Part shown: positions 30,201-41,331 of the stretch, one piece after another
How positions within the stretch are numbered: the stretch's first letter is position 1
How the letters are laid out: the number at the start of each line of letters is the position of its first letter
Made by a program: the position numbers and the translations under genes
The notes under the pieces: generated by a model
The model's database searches: none
What the model saw: the letters and a program-made list of their open reading frames with translations, nothing else
Told to the model about the DNA's origin: nothing
Assembly (NCBI RefSeq): GCF_000142905.1
Contig: NW_013657668.1
Span: 172,492 to 236,491 of the forward strand
DNA from: Thecamonas trahens ATCC 50062
Lineage: Eukaryota > Protista > Apusomonadida
Length of the DNA: 64,000 nucleotides
Direction: 5' to 3'

Positions 30201-32704
30201 CCCGCGCCCGTTGACCACCACCGCGTTGGAGATGGTGGCAGTAGAAGGCGGGACTGAGCAGTCGGGCGCTGTCGAGAGCCCGACCTGTCCAGAGAGCACG
30301 CTCGACAGGCCGTTGAGCTCAAGAAAGACACCAGCATCGTCGGCGTACGCGCTTTGCGGCGAGAATGACGAGATGGTAGATGAAGTGACGTCGACCACAG
30401 TGATGACCGGGCCCGTCTGGCGCGCAAACGACACACCGCCATCGACCGAGTAGCACACGTGATACGCGCCCGCTGCAAGCGATGGCGCCACGAGGACAGA
30501 CCCAGTCGCAGAGTACGGCACAGCCGGTGCAACATGGTTATCCACGACACATGACGGTGCTCCGCTGGCGACGAGCGCAAGACGGGTGCCGGTGTCGGTC
30601 ACCTGGGCACCAGAAAAGACAAACCGGGCCGGAGCACCGGCAGCGATAGACGGCGGGGTGACCGAGGCGATGGCGTTGACACCGCTGGGAGCAACAACCA
30701 GCTGGATGCCGGTCATCTCGACCCGCAGAGAACTGGTCGACGATCGAACGCAGAGCTTGTAGGTGCCAAAGGTCGGGATGGAGACGCCGGTGTAGCGACC
30801 GCTCTCCGAGTTGTAGGCGGTCTCGTACTGCGGCGTACTGCCAGAGCAGTCAGTGGAAAAGGCAAACTGCGAAGTCGGCGAGTGGATGCGGTGGCCCGGG
30901 GCGACGGCAAAGGTGGCGGTAAAGGTCACGCCGGCGCCGACGGTCCTGGGCGTCATGGCGGTGATCGAGGTCGGAGTGACGAGGACGTGGGTGAGGGAGA
31001 GCATCGGCTGATGGACCCACTCCCCGAGCGAGCGAGCACAGAACTCGTATGTAGACGTCTTGCCAAGGGTAGCGGTCAGTTCATCCAAGTTGCCCGCTCA
31101 AAAGTGACTGATGTCGATGCCACAGCCGTCTCGCCGATCCTACTAGAGTCGCACAATTGAGGCGGACCACGGCGCATGCACGCAAACACGTACTTGTTGT
31201 TGGGGTCGTTGGTCCCGCGCAAGAGCCCGTTCAGGCCAAAGTTGCCCCTGATAACAACGTCGTTCTCGTTAGGACGATCACTTGGAAAGGCCTGCCAAAC
31301 ACCGAGATGCGAAGTAGTAGCACGTGTGAGAGGGTTGACGTACGTTGCAGGCATTCGGAGCCCGTTGTCAAAGCTGCGAGGGTTGGTCAGCAGCCGCGAG
31401 CCGATCCAGTAGTCATTGCTAGCGAGACCGGAGATGCCATCGAACCAGGTGAAAAAGGTATTCCACTCCGGATCGGTGCCACGCTCGAGAACGACGCCAC
31501 CCTCCTTGGCACATGCATCGACAGCCGTGGCGAGAGTGACTTTGGCTTTGGTTATGAGCCAAGCGCACGCCTGCGTTGCTGCGTGGTAAGCGTTGGAGAT
31601 GCCGCTCGCTGCACAGGCGGTCGCCGGATCCGAGACATATGTCGCCGGATCGACAAAGGCAAACTCAGCCCCGGTGGCAGAGACATACGCTGAGTCGGTG
31701 ACGACGACCGACAGCGAAGTCGTTCCGGTTGATCCATGACCGATCGTTTTCGGTGTCACATCGGTGAAGGTCGTCGGGTACGGGCGACCGAGCGCGACTG
31801 TGACCGTAAAGTCGGTCTGAAGCTGCCAGTTGACGCCAAAGTCGTTCGAGGTGCAGATGCGGATGTTTGTCCCAAGAAGTGACTCGGGCAGCGGCTTCTC
31901 CACCCAAAAGTACGACGAGCGCATCGGCTGGATGCCCTGCAACGCAGTACAGTCGGTGGCGGTAAAGCCCATCAGCGCCGTGAACGACGGCGTGATGATG
32001 TCCGAACGCACAAAGAGGGGTAGCTTGTTGTCAACCGGGTTGGTGTAGAGGAAATCAGGGTTCACATTTCCCACCATTTTGTGGCTCGGATCAAGACGCA
32101 TGCAGTACGGTTGATAGCTGTACTGCGGGTAAATGTCGCGCCAAGTCCCATCACTCACGTAGCGAGTGAAAATGTACTGGGTTAACACCGTGTTGGGCTC
32201 GCCGCCGTACCAGTTGGCATACTTGTACTGCAGGCCATTGATACCACGGTACTGGTACTGGAACTTGGCCTGGTCGATGGCAGTAATGTCGAAGAAGCGA
32301 ATAAGGCCATAAGCGTAGTCTAAATCGGTCTGACTTCGCCCCGTGTTCGCCAGAAAGTTGTCCATGGCGGCCGAGGTCGCCCAAGGCATGAAGAACCCAC
32401 CCGAGCCACCGTCGAGGGTAGCACACCAGTTGAGCGTACTCTGAAGCTCAACTCTGTTGGAATATGATGACTCGGAGTATACCTGGTAAGGTCCAAAGGT
32501 GGCCACATCCACATCTGTGCTCTCCACCCCTGTGTCAGTCTACCGACCTGGCAACTAATCGCACGCTTTCACCGCTGCCAATGTCTTCCCTGTTACATGT
32601 AGAGCCACCCCCCTCCTTTTGACCCACGTACCACCCAGAGCAGGTGCCAGAATCAGTCCGAAGACTGCTAACACGGCCACAAGGGACGACGGGATGTATT
32701 GCAT
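24236..32704 (-). CDS. Giant single-pass receptor: signal peptide, 2 C-type-lectin-like domains, many Cys-containing Ig-like repeats, PSI-IPT-PSI-IPT, TM, RasGAP (~2,780 aa)
   Basis: ATG 32704 MQYIPSSLVAVLAVFGLILAPALG; intron from 32631; YANWYGGEPN and CAKEGG...YWIG (CTL); repeated GxYxxCYSxDGG motifs; PSI CAAQTSCGACASICSWC and CLLRDTCSECWEAARPECGWC; IPT GGETVTVTG; TM ~25780-25850; GAP motifs MFRTNS, GGFFFLRF and KVLQNLSN. Four ORF segments are joined by 1-nt breaks at ~31094, ~27020 and ~26428. Confidence 0.8.
32515..32631 (-). other. Spliceosomal intron (phase 1) after the signal peptide; alternative in-frame acceptor at 32530
   Basis: Donor G|GTACGT, branch-like ACTGAC (32539-32534), acceptor CACAG|; removes two in-frame stops. 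Confidence 0.8.
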
Positions 32705-33401
32705 GGAACAAGTCAACTGTCTCACGACGTGTGACTTGAGAATGAGCGGAGAGTCGACCATAAGGTATCTGCTGCGCGCGTGGGGATACGTTTGCGAATT
32801 GTTTCACTGTTCGTCATCCGGCGCATTACCGCTTGCCGGCCGAGCCGTCGCTCCACTGGCTCGACGATATTGAGAGATTTCCCCTCATTTACTATGCTGG
32901 CCACCCACCAGTGCCAGCACATACTGCCCATTGGCACGATGGCCTGCATGTACACGAGCTGCATCCGCACGCTCGCCTACACCCGAGATCAAGTTAAGAA
33001 TTGGGCATCCAGGGCGCGCTCATCATCGTCGTCGTCGTCGTAGATCGTCATCAAAGGGTGGGTGGGTGGCTTTCCGATCCTCCGGAACCGACTGTGTCGA
33101 CGCCATCCAAGCTCTCAGCAAGTATGATACCAGCTGCTTCGCTTCGCTCAGCCGACTACGAGTGTTAGCGACTTGTAGCAGTCGCAGCAACTCTTGGAGC
33201 GCAACACCAGCGCAACAAGGCACAACAGCGGCAATCGACACTCTAGCAGGACCAGCACAAGTCAAATAGAGCCATGATCGCACAGCACTTTGAATGTACT
33301 GACTGGTACAAGATCTACCAATGACCGAGGGGTGGTATGATGAGGCAACACGGTTAAGGGATGTTGGCCCGATCGGCAACGTTTGTTCTCATGTCCTGCT
33401 C

Positions 33402-34847
33402 TCATGCCCTATTGACGGGAACAGTGGCCGGGCCGTCGTCCAGATCCGAGCCTGAGGAGCGGCCGGGGGCGTCGGCCTCGAACCCGGCCTCGTCCGAGTA
33501 GACGTCCGAGTCGGGAAGAGTGGTTGGGCGGAGGTCACCAGCGTCGTCGGTCGAGCCCGAGTCGGAGACGTAGCGCGAGGTGGTGCGGGCAGCGGCCGGC
33601 GGCGCTGCAAAGTTGGGGTTCACCGCCCCACCCTCCGGATCATCCATTCCCAGAACCGAGTAGTGAGTGTAATTCTCGCGGAGCGAGAGCACGTACGCGC
33701 CAATGAGCTCAAACATGATGCCGCAGAGCGGGAGCGCCACGTAGAGCAGGACTGACTTTCCGGAGAAGCCACCGAACAGGCCAGTGATGATAAAGTCAAG
33801 GATGCGGAGGGTGACGTGGAACATGGCCAGAATGTAGATGTAGTCAAAGTCCATGAGCGCCTTGGTCATCCAATAGAGCTCGGCACCGGTGGCGGCAAGG
33901 AACGCAACAACAAAGACAAAGATCACAAAGCCGACATGGTCGTAGGCAGCAACAAAGAGGATGGCCGGCACGTAAATGAGCGCCTGAATGACAGCAGTGA
34001 TTGCCGAGTACAAGATCGGCATCGTCTTGCGGATCCGCTTGTTCTGCGGGTCACCCATCGACGACGTCCCGAGCTTCTTGCGGTAGTGCCAGATACCCAG
34101 GTAGAGGAAGAAGAGGGCAAAGCCAATGAGGAAGACGTAGATGACAAAGACGAGGACAGAGACCTCCACAAGATCCACCACCCACAACGCGAGCAGCGCC
34201 CCTGTAATAATCAGCGCATATGCCACCAAATCCTTCCGCATCAGCGTCTCCTTCAGCGCAAAGAACGAGTACGCGAGGCCTGTTGCCAGCGATGCGATCT
34301 GGTAGAGCGACGACCCATTGATGTCCCTTCCACCGACATCCACGCACAACTCCGAGAGACCAAACAGACCCACAACTACACACCCACACAACGTTAGTAC
34401 CCACCAGCACATGTACATGGCCACAGACCACCCGGTGGTACCAACCGGACGATTCACACGGGTCGGAGTATGGAGAGAAAGGGGGGGGGGGCAGTTGCGA
34501 CGAGAGGGGCAGGGCTGCCAGTCAGCCAAACACCGGCATGTGCAACAGCAACAGCGACAACAACAGCAGTCGGCACAGGAAGGGAGAGGCAGTCCCCTCA
34601 TGGTCACACCCCGCCCCTACCTTCCCTCTTTCCTCCCACGCCACCCTGCCCTCCTCCCACACCCTCCCCTCCTCTTCCCCGCACACACACACACGCACAA
34701 CGTACTGAACCACCACATGGGGTAGTTGTACCACGGCTCGGGAGCAGGATCATCCCGACGGACAGTCAGCAACTTCTTGAGCAGCCACAAGGAGGTGGCG
34801 TGTCCAATGCCTCCGATGGTGGGGAAGACAGCATTGAAGGCAGACAT
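33402..34847 (-). CDS. NIPA/DMT-family multi-pass transporter (Mg2+ transporter-like)
   Basis: Exon 1 (34847-34706) MSAFNAVFPTIGGIGHATSLWLLKK...WYNYPMWWF; exon 2 from 34375 IVGLFGLSE...FFALKETL...ALIITG. The KK...PxWW...E...LKExL pattern of NIPA is present, with ~9 hydrophobic segments. Confidence 0.7.
34376..34705 (-). other. Spliceosomal intron (330 nt, phase 1)
   Basis: Donor A|GTACGT, perfect TACTAAC branch point (34399-34393), acceptor TGTAG|. Confidence 0.9.
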
Positions 34848-34926
34848 GTCAGTCCAGCTTGCTGCGAGACAAGTAATGCCCTCCGGTGACTCTCGGCTGA
34901 CATGTCTGGCGAATGCTACCACTCAC

Positions 34927-34994
34927 ACCACCGCTGCTTTATCCGAACCGCGTCGGGGAAACCACCTCTGTTTTATCCGAACCGCGTCGGGGAA
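34927..34994. repeat. 34-bp tandem duplication spanning the stop codon of the coiled-coil gene
   Basis: ACCACCGCTGCTTTATCCGAACCGCGTCGGGGAA / ACCACCTCTGTTTTATCCGAACCGCGTCGGGGAA (2 mismatches). Confidence 0.9.
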
Positions 34995-37900
34995 ATTCCG
35001 GGAAGCCGATCGTACCGATTAAGGCTTGGAAAGCTATCTGCAACGTCAGCTGCAACGACGTCGGCGGTCCGTGCCTTGATCGGCGACCACTCGCGGTGCC
35101 GCTCCAGAGGAAGTAGGCCAGACGCCTGCCGGAGCGGAATGCGCTCCACGCGGAGGACGGGCTGGCCGATCCGAGATGCCACCTCCAGCTCGTGGATTGC
35201 TGCCATCTCGGACGACCAGTATCCAACACCGTAAAAGAACGTTCCGTCGCCGTCGTCATGCTGTAGACGCCGCGTGAGCGTGACCGAGTTGAGCACAGCC
35301 AGAACGGCCTCGGCCTGCCGCTGCCGCTCGGCCACAATCGCCGCCTTCTTCGCCTCCCACATGGCCACTTTGGCCCCGTGCCACATCTCCATCCGCTTCA
35401 GCGCATCCATCATCGTGTCGTCCCCCGAGCCGGTCGCCTCAAGCGCTGCGCGCTGCCGTGCCGAGTCTTGCGCTTGGACGCCAGCAGTGAACTTGCGGAA
35501 GAGAGCTGTTGTCTTGGCACGCCGCAGCTGTGCGTCGCGCCCAAGGTATGCCTTGATCTCAGCCTGCGCCTGGGGATCCGCCGCGAGCGCCTGGCTCTCG
35601 AGTACCCGCCGCGCCTCCATCAGTGCCGCGCGCGTCTCACCTAGTTCAGCAATCAGCCGCTGGCGCTCGAGGAAGAGCTGCAGCGTTGACGATCCCCCAC
35701 CCTCTAGGCCTAGGTCGGCGGCAGCCGATGGTGACGCCATGTGCCCGGCCGCTCCAGCGGGCGAGTTGGCCGCCGCCGCATCATCGCGCGCTGCAGCTAC
35801 GCCTCGCGACAGCGCGTTGACCGCAGGCGACACGCTGCTGCCGCGCCGCGGCACACCCCGAGTGGGCAAGCCAGGCGGCAACAGCGCATTGCCCTGCGCC
35901 ATCGGCGCCGTCTTCAGCTCGTGGATCTGTTGCGCCTGGTACGCCACAACCCGCTGGAGCCGTTCCAACGCAGACGCGTGTTGCTGTTCCTTGCCCGCAA
36001 GAATCCGCGCAAACGCAGCCCGCGCCTTTGGGTCTACTTCAGTCACGCTCCGACCCACGTGCTCGCCTTCGCCCGTGCTCGACATGGAGACCGAGCCCAC
36101 AACACCGAGCCCGGCGGCAGTATCGGCGTCAACGGCCCCAAACGTGTTGCTCGACGAGCCAAGCAGCCGCCCGGGCGCCGGGCTCCTGCCGGATATGGAC
36201 ATCTTGCGCTCGCGCGGTTGTTTTCTGAGCTCGGCCTCCGATGGCTCTCGACTGCCATACGCAATACTCGACCGACGCTGCCCGCGCCGCTCTGCCATCA
36301 GCTTCTCGCGCTCGGCCGCCACAGCCTTGCGCTCGGCACGTAGCGTTTCCACCAGCGACAGGCCATGCGCAGTTGCACCACCATTGTTTTGCGAGCCACT
36401 CCCACTCTCGCCACTGGCAAGGATGCGAGCAGACGCCAGCTGCTCCTTCAGCTGCTCCACCTGGTGTTGCAGCCCGATAGTTTCGACCCGAGCCGCGTCT
36501 AGCGCCGCCGTCTTGGACACCACAGCGGCCTTGGCCTCGACCACAGCTTCCTCAGCCGCCGCGTTCTTCTTCTCCACGCCCTCCTCCAGCATCGCCACAA
36601 ACTTCCACACCTCGGCGCACGCCATCCGCGTCTCATTGGCAGCCGCGTCTAGCTCGTTGTTGGTCGTGCGCAGATGGCCTTCCAGCTGCGCAGCAAACTT
36701 GCCGTACTCGGCCTCGCCGCCCTCGCCTGGCAACTCGGCCGCGTCAATCTCCTCCAGTGCGCTCGCCAGCTCATTGTCAAACAGCCGTGGCTCGGCCACA
36801 AAGGCTTGTGTGAGAAAATCGTCCGGAACAACCCCGAGTCGCGCCAGCCGCGCGCCAACTCCGGCATGTACAACACGTACACACGCCGACATGCGGAGTG
36901 CCGCAACATGCGCACCGCGGTACGCCTCTCGGCTCATGGCTAGCACTGCCCGTGCTTCGGACGCCAGCTCCATTCGATGCACAGAAGCTTCGCGTTCAAG
37001 ATCGGCCGCACGCTGCGCCAGCGCCTTCTCGTAGTCCGACTTGAGCACAGCCGCAATCGAGTCTGGCCCCATCTCAGCACCCAGCGCTTGCTGCAAGTCG
37101 CTGATGCGCTCGTCGTAGCCAGCAGAGATCTTGGCAACCTGCGAGCGGTGGAACGCCCGCGACCGCCGCTCACCCTTGTCACCCGCAATCACCGCCGCAG
37201 TCAGCTTGGTGTTGAGATTCTTGATCTGGCCTACAAGCTCGGTCTCGATCTTGCGGAGCAGAACTATCGCCTGGTCGTGCTTCTCCGACACGCTCCGCAA
37301 GTACGCGCGGGTTACCTTGGACATTTCTTCCCGCTCAGACGCCATGTCGGCGACTTTGAGCTTGAGCTCGTCACGCTCACGCTGCAGGGCCGCACCCGAT
37401 GCTTGCCAGTCGCGAACAATCTTCCGTAGGCCCTCTTGCCCGTCCAGCAGCCGCATCACCTCGTCGGTCTGCTCTCGCACCTTGACCTTCAGCTCGGCAT
37501 TGACGGCCATCATTGCCATGTAGCCGTCGACAAACATCTCGGTGTGGGCCGCCTCGCTGCCACCCACCCGCGCGCCTTGGCTCGCCCCACTCGCCGCATC
37601 AAGAGTCGTCACCTGGTCAACCACGTTGGGCAACCCGCCGTCCTTGATGGCGGACAGTTCTCCAGTCGACACGTCAAGTGCTTGAGCCCCTACATCTCTC
37701 CCTGCATTGAGTCGGCCAACCAGACGCCCAATCTGTGCTTCCATTTCGGCGTTGGTCTTCTCCGCAAACTCATAGCGGACAATCGCCGCACGAAGCTTCA
37801 TCCTGGCACCCTTGAGCTTGTCTTGCAGCGAGTACACCGCTGATGCGTTGACCTCCTTGCCTCCACCGCCCTTGCCCACGCCTGGGCCAAGGCCAAAGTC

Positions 37901-40900
37901 GCTGATGCTCGACTCATCTGACATCGATGCGTCGTCGTCCATCACATACTTGAGCTTGTCTTCCGCCCACCGCAGTCGCGACTTGAGCCGCACAATCTCT
38001 TTCTTGGCCTTGCCCAGCTCGCGGACCAGTCGCTCTTCGGTCTCGCGCCCACCAGGACACTCCGGCCCAGAAAACGCAGGAGATATCGGTGTTCGCGGCG
38101 TTCCGCTGCCGTCGCTGGTCCGCTGCGCCCGCCGGCTGCGTCCGCCGCGCCCGCCTAGCCCAATCTGAACTGACGACGGCACTGATTCGACACTTGCTTC
38201 TATGCCGTCCGCTTGCTGCTCGAGCTCGCTGTTGCACCCCGTCTCAATCGTGAGGTCTGCCAACGAAGCCTTTGAAACCAAGATGCGCGGCCCACCGATG
38301 TCTTCGTCAGCTTGCACACGCTCACGCGCAAATGCCTCGCGCTCAGCTTGAGCCTCTGTTCTCTCGCGCACAAGCTGCTGCTCCAGCTCGGTGATGTGAT
38401 CGCGCAGCGCTTGAGACGCGTTGCGAGTCGAGGTCACGAGGCTCATGAGCCGACTGCGCTCGGTCTGCGCCTCACTCAGCTCACTGCGCACACCTTCAAT
38501 TGGTTGGCAAGTTCGCCATCCGTGGCCGCCATCTCGTCCGCCAACCGCAACAGCGACGCTGAATCTAGGTGCACCCCCGGGTCTTCCTCGAGCTGGCGCG
38601 AGAGCACATCCAGCTCAGCAGCATGCTCTTCAGCGAGCACTACACTCGAGTCATTGCCGACCTCGCCTTGCCCCACGCCACCAACTCACGGGCCAACAAC
38701 CGAGTCGTCTCGTCCTCGGCATCACGGGCACGCTCGAGCGCCAACGAGTGCTCGTCCGCCAGTCGGCGGGTCTCGTCCAGTGCCGCCATTAGCCGAGCCC
38801 TGACCTCTGCAGCCTCGCCTTGCGACATGCGTGCCGCGGCAAGCGCTCGCTGCTCCGCATCGAGCGCCGCCTGCTTTTGGTTAGTTAGATTCTGGATCTG
38901 TGTGTAGAGCGCTTGCTTCTCTGATAGGTAGAGCCTGCGCATTGACGCCAGCCGCGTCTGCAGTCGGTCCCGCTCGAGATACACTTTCATCGCATCAGTC
39001 GTTTGGGACTCGAGCGAAAGCAGTCGCGACGCGAGCTTGTCCGAGGTCTGCGCCACCGTGCTCGGGGCTAGGCCTACCGCCGGTTGACCAGAGCTGACCT
39101 GGCGCTCGCCAACCTGGCCTTCATCATCAATAAGGACCTCCGGATCGTCAGAGAGCAAACGCGCATCAGAAAGCAGTCCCAGGAGAACACTCCGCGATGC
39201 GGCGGCCTCTTCAGTCGCGACAAGTGGCGGAAGAGGTGACGGCACGGCTTCGTCGGGCGTGGTCAAGCCAGCCGAAGGAGCGAGCATGGTTGATGGTCCA
39301 GACTCGGTCGTACGGGCCCGCGCAGAAGCAAGCTCCTCGCTCAGGCGACGAACCTCGGCCTCGAGGGCAGCATAGTCGTCGCCGTTGACATCAGAGACAA
39401 CGACTTCGCGAGACTCCTTCCTTCCGCCACCCTGGCCCTTGCGGCCGCGTTTGCCCCGTCCTGCCCGTCCCCGCCGACCAGAGCCGCGACTGCGGCCCGA
39501 CTTTCCTCGCCGCCCGCGCAGCGACGGCGAGCTTGCAGGAGAGCCTTGCAGCTCGGGCTCGTCGACCCCATGCTCCTTGTGGTCAGCCGCGCGCTTGGCC
39601 GCCCGCTGGGCAAGCGTCTTTTGCAGCGAGGCCACAGTGGCTTCCGACGCTGCCTTGATCTTGGCAATCTTGGCATCGGCTGCAGCCTCAGCCTCGCTCC
39701 GAATGCTTTTGAGCTTGACCTCGAGGTCATGTATCTTGGACTCGAGCGAGGCGTTGAGCGCCAGCAGCGGACCGGTCGTCGAGTCGTCGGTCCGCGCCAT
39801 AGTCAAAATCTGCGCCTTCAGCGACTGGACCTCGCGCGCATGCGCTGTCTCCATGGCGGTCTTTTCCGCAGCCGCCGACGCCCGAACCTCCTCCAATTCT
39901 GCCGAGACCTCGGCATGCAGCGAGGCGACATACTCGCGGAAAACAGGATCCTCAAACATGGAAAGCTCGTCGTCGATGGCATCACCGCCTGTCAGCGAAG
40001 CGAGCGAAGTCTGTGATCCGAGACCACCGCGACGGGCGTTGATTCCGCGCTGGAGTCGCAGCGCTGACTGCATCTTCGCCACAGTCCGCTCGGCCTTTTT
40101 CTCACGGACTACCGTGAGCGCCTTGAAGGCCTCAGTGTCCTTGACAAGGGCCTGGTACATGCGCTTGAGCTTGCGTGCATGGTTCTTCAAGTTCTTGTAC
40201 TTTTCCACCAGGGCTGCCGAGTCGCCGAGCTCGTCGTCATCGTCATCATCACCAAAGCCCAGCGCGTCGAGCGTTGCCCGCCACGACGAGGCCTCGGCTG
40301 CTGCCGATGCCTGCATCGAAGTGATGTGCGAGGCAAAAGATGACTCGTTCGACGCCAACAGTTCGTCGATCTCGCGATCCTTGCTCTCCAACACAAGGGT
40401 TAGTGACGCTACCTTGGCCTCCAACTTGGCGATTTTTTCGCGCGAGGTCTGCAACTCGCGCTCCTTGGCAAAAATCTTCTGCTTGCCCGACTTGACCGCG
40501 TCGCGCAGTGCCTTGACCCGCTTGCCGGACAGCTCCTTGGAGGCGTCAAGCAAGTCAAAGTTGCGATTGACCTCGGAGCGGTAGAGCGAGACCATCGAGT
40601 CCTTGATGGTCTTCAGCTTGGCTGTCGAGCCGAGTGCGGTCTGGAAGGCCTCCTCCAGCGGAGCGGTCGCCGCCTCTTCGATGTGTATGTCGATGTCATC
40701 AAAGACGCCGTCAGCAGCGGCGTCAAACCACCGGCGCAGCGACTTGAGCGCCTCCTCGCGGGTAATACACAACGCCTCGTAGTTGACAATGATGACGTTG
40801 ACTTGCCCGCGCGCAGCATGCCTCTGCGCTTCGGACGAGAGCAGCTCCGAGAGGCCCGAGTCGACACTGGCAGCCTCGCGCTGCGCCTCATCGTACTCGG

Positions 40901-41165
40901 ACAGCGCCGAGTTGACCGTCGCCTCAATGTTGTCAAGCATGGCCGTAGTATACTGCGCCTCTTCGAGACTCGACCGCGGCGTGGTGAACCGCACGGTCGG
41001 CTTGGCCCGCTGCACACCGGCTTCGCCGTGTGCCTGCCACTCATCATCGGCAAGGTCCGCGTAGAACGCATTCAGGTCCACCTTGGACGCGTCGAACTCG
41101 TTGCCCGGCTCCTCCGCCAACCGCCCCAGATTGGTCAACCCCATGAGCGGCGGCACGCCAGACAT
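34973..41165 (-). CDS. Large coiled-coil protein B (~2,060 aa), function unknown
   Basis: ATG 41165 (MSGVPPLMGL); heptad-rich; three ORF segments (to ~38680, ~38680-38493, 38491-34973) joined by two 1-nt breaks. Confidence 0.7.
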
Positions 41166-41331
41166 GTTGCTCGCCACAACCACGCCGTCGCCTGTCGCTG
41201 TGCTTGGTTTGGACGTCTGGTCACCGAGACAAGTGGCCAAGCCAACAGCTCTTGCCGTTCGGTCGTTGCCGCCGCGCCCGAGTTGGTCGGTTCCTCTTTC
41301 GCGACAACTAGCCACACACTCCTTTGACTCT

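Noticed and set aside
32800-33390. Small gene or remnant (ORF 33023-33379 -)
   Set aside because: No ATG-led coherent ORF, weak codon bias and no recognisable motif; treated as intergenic.
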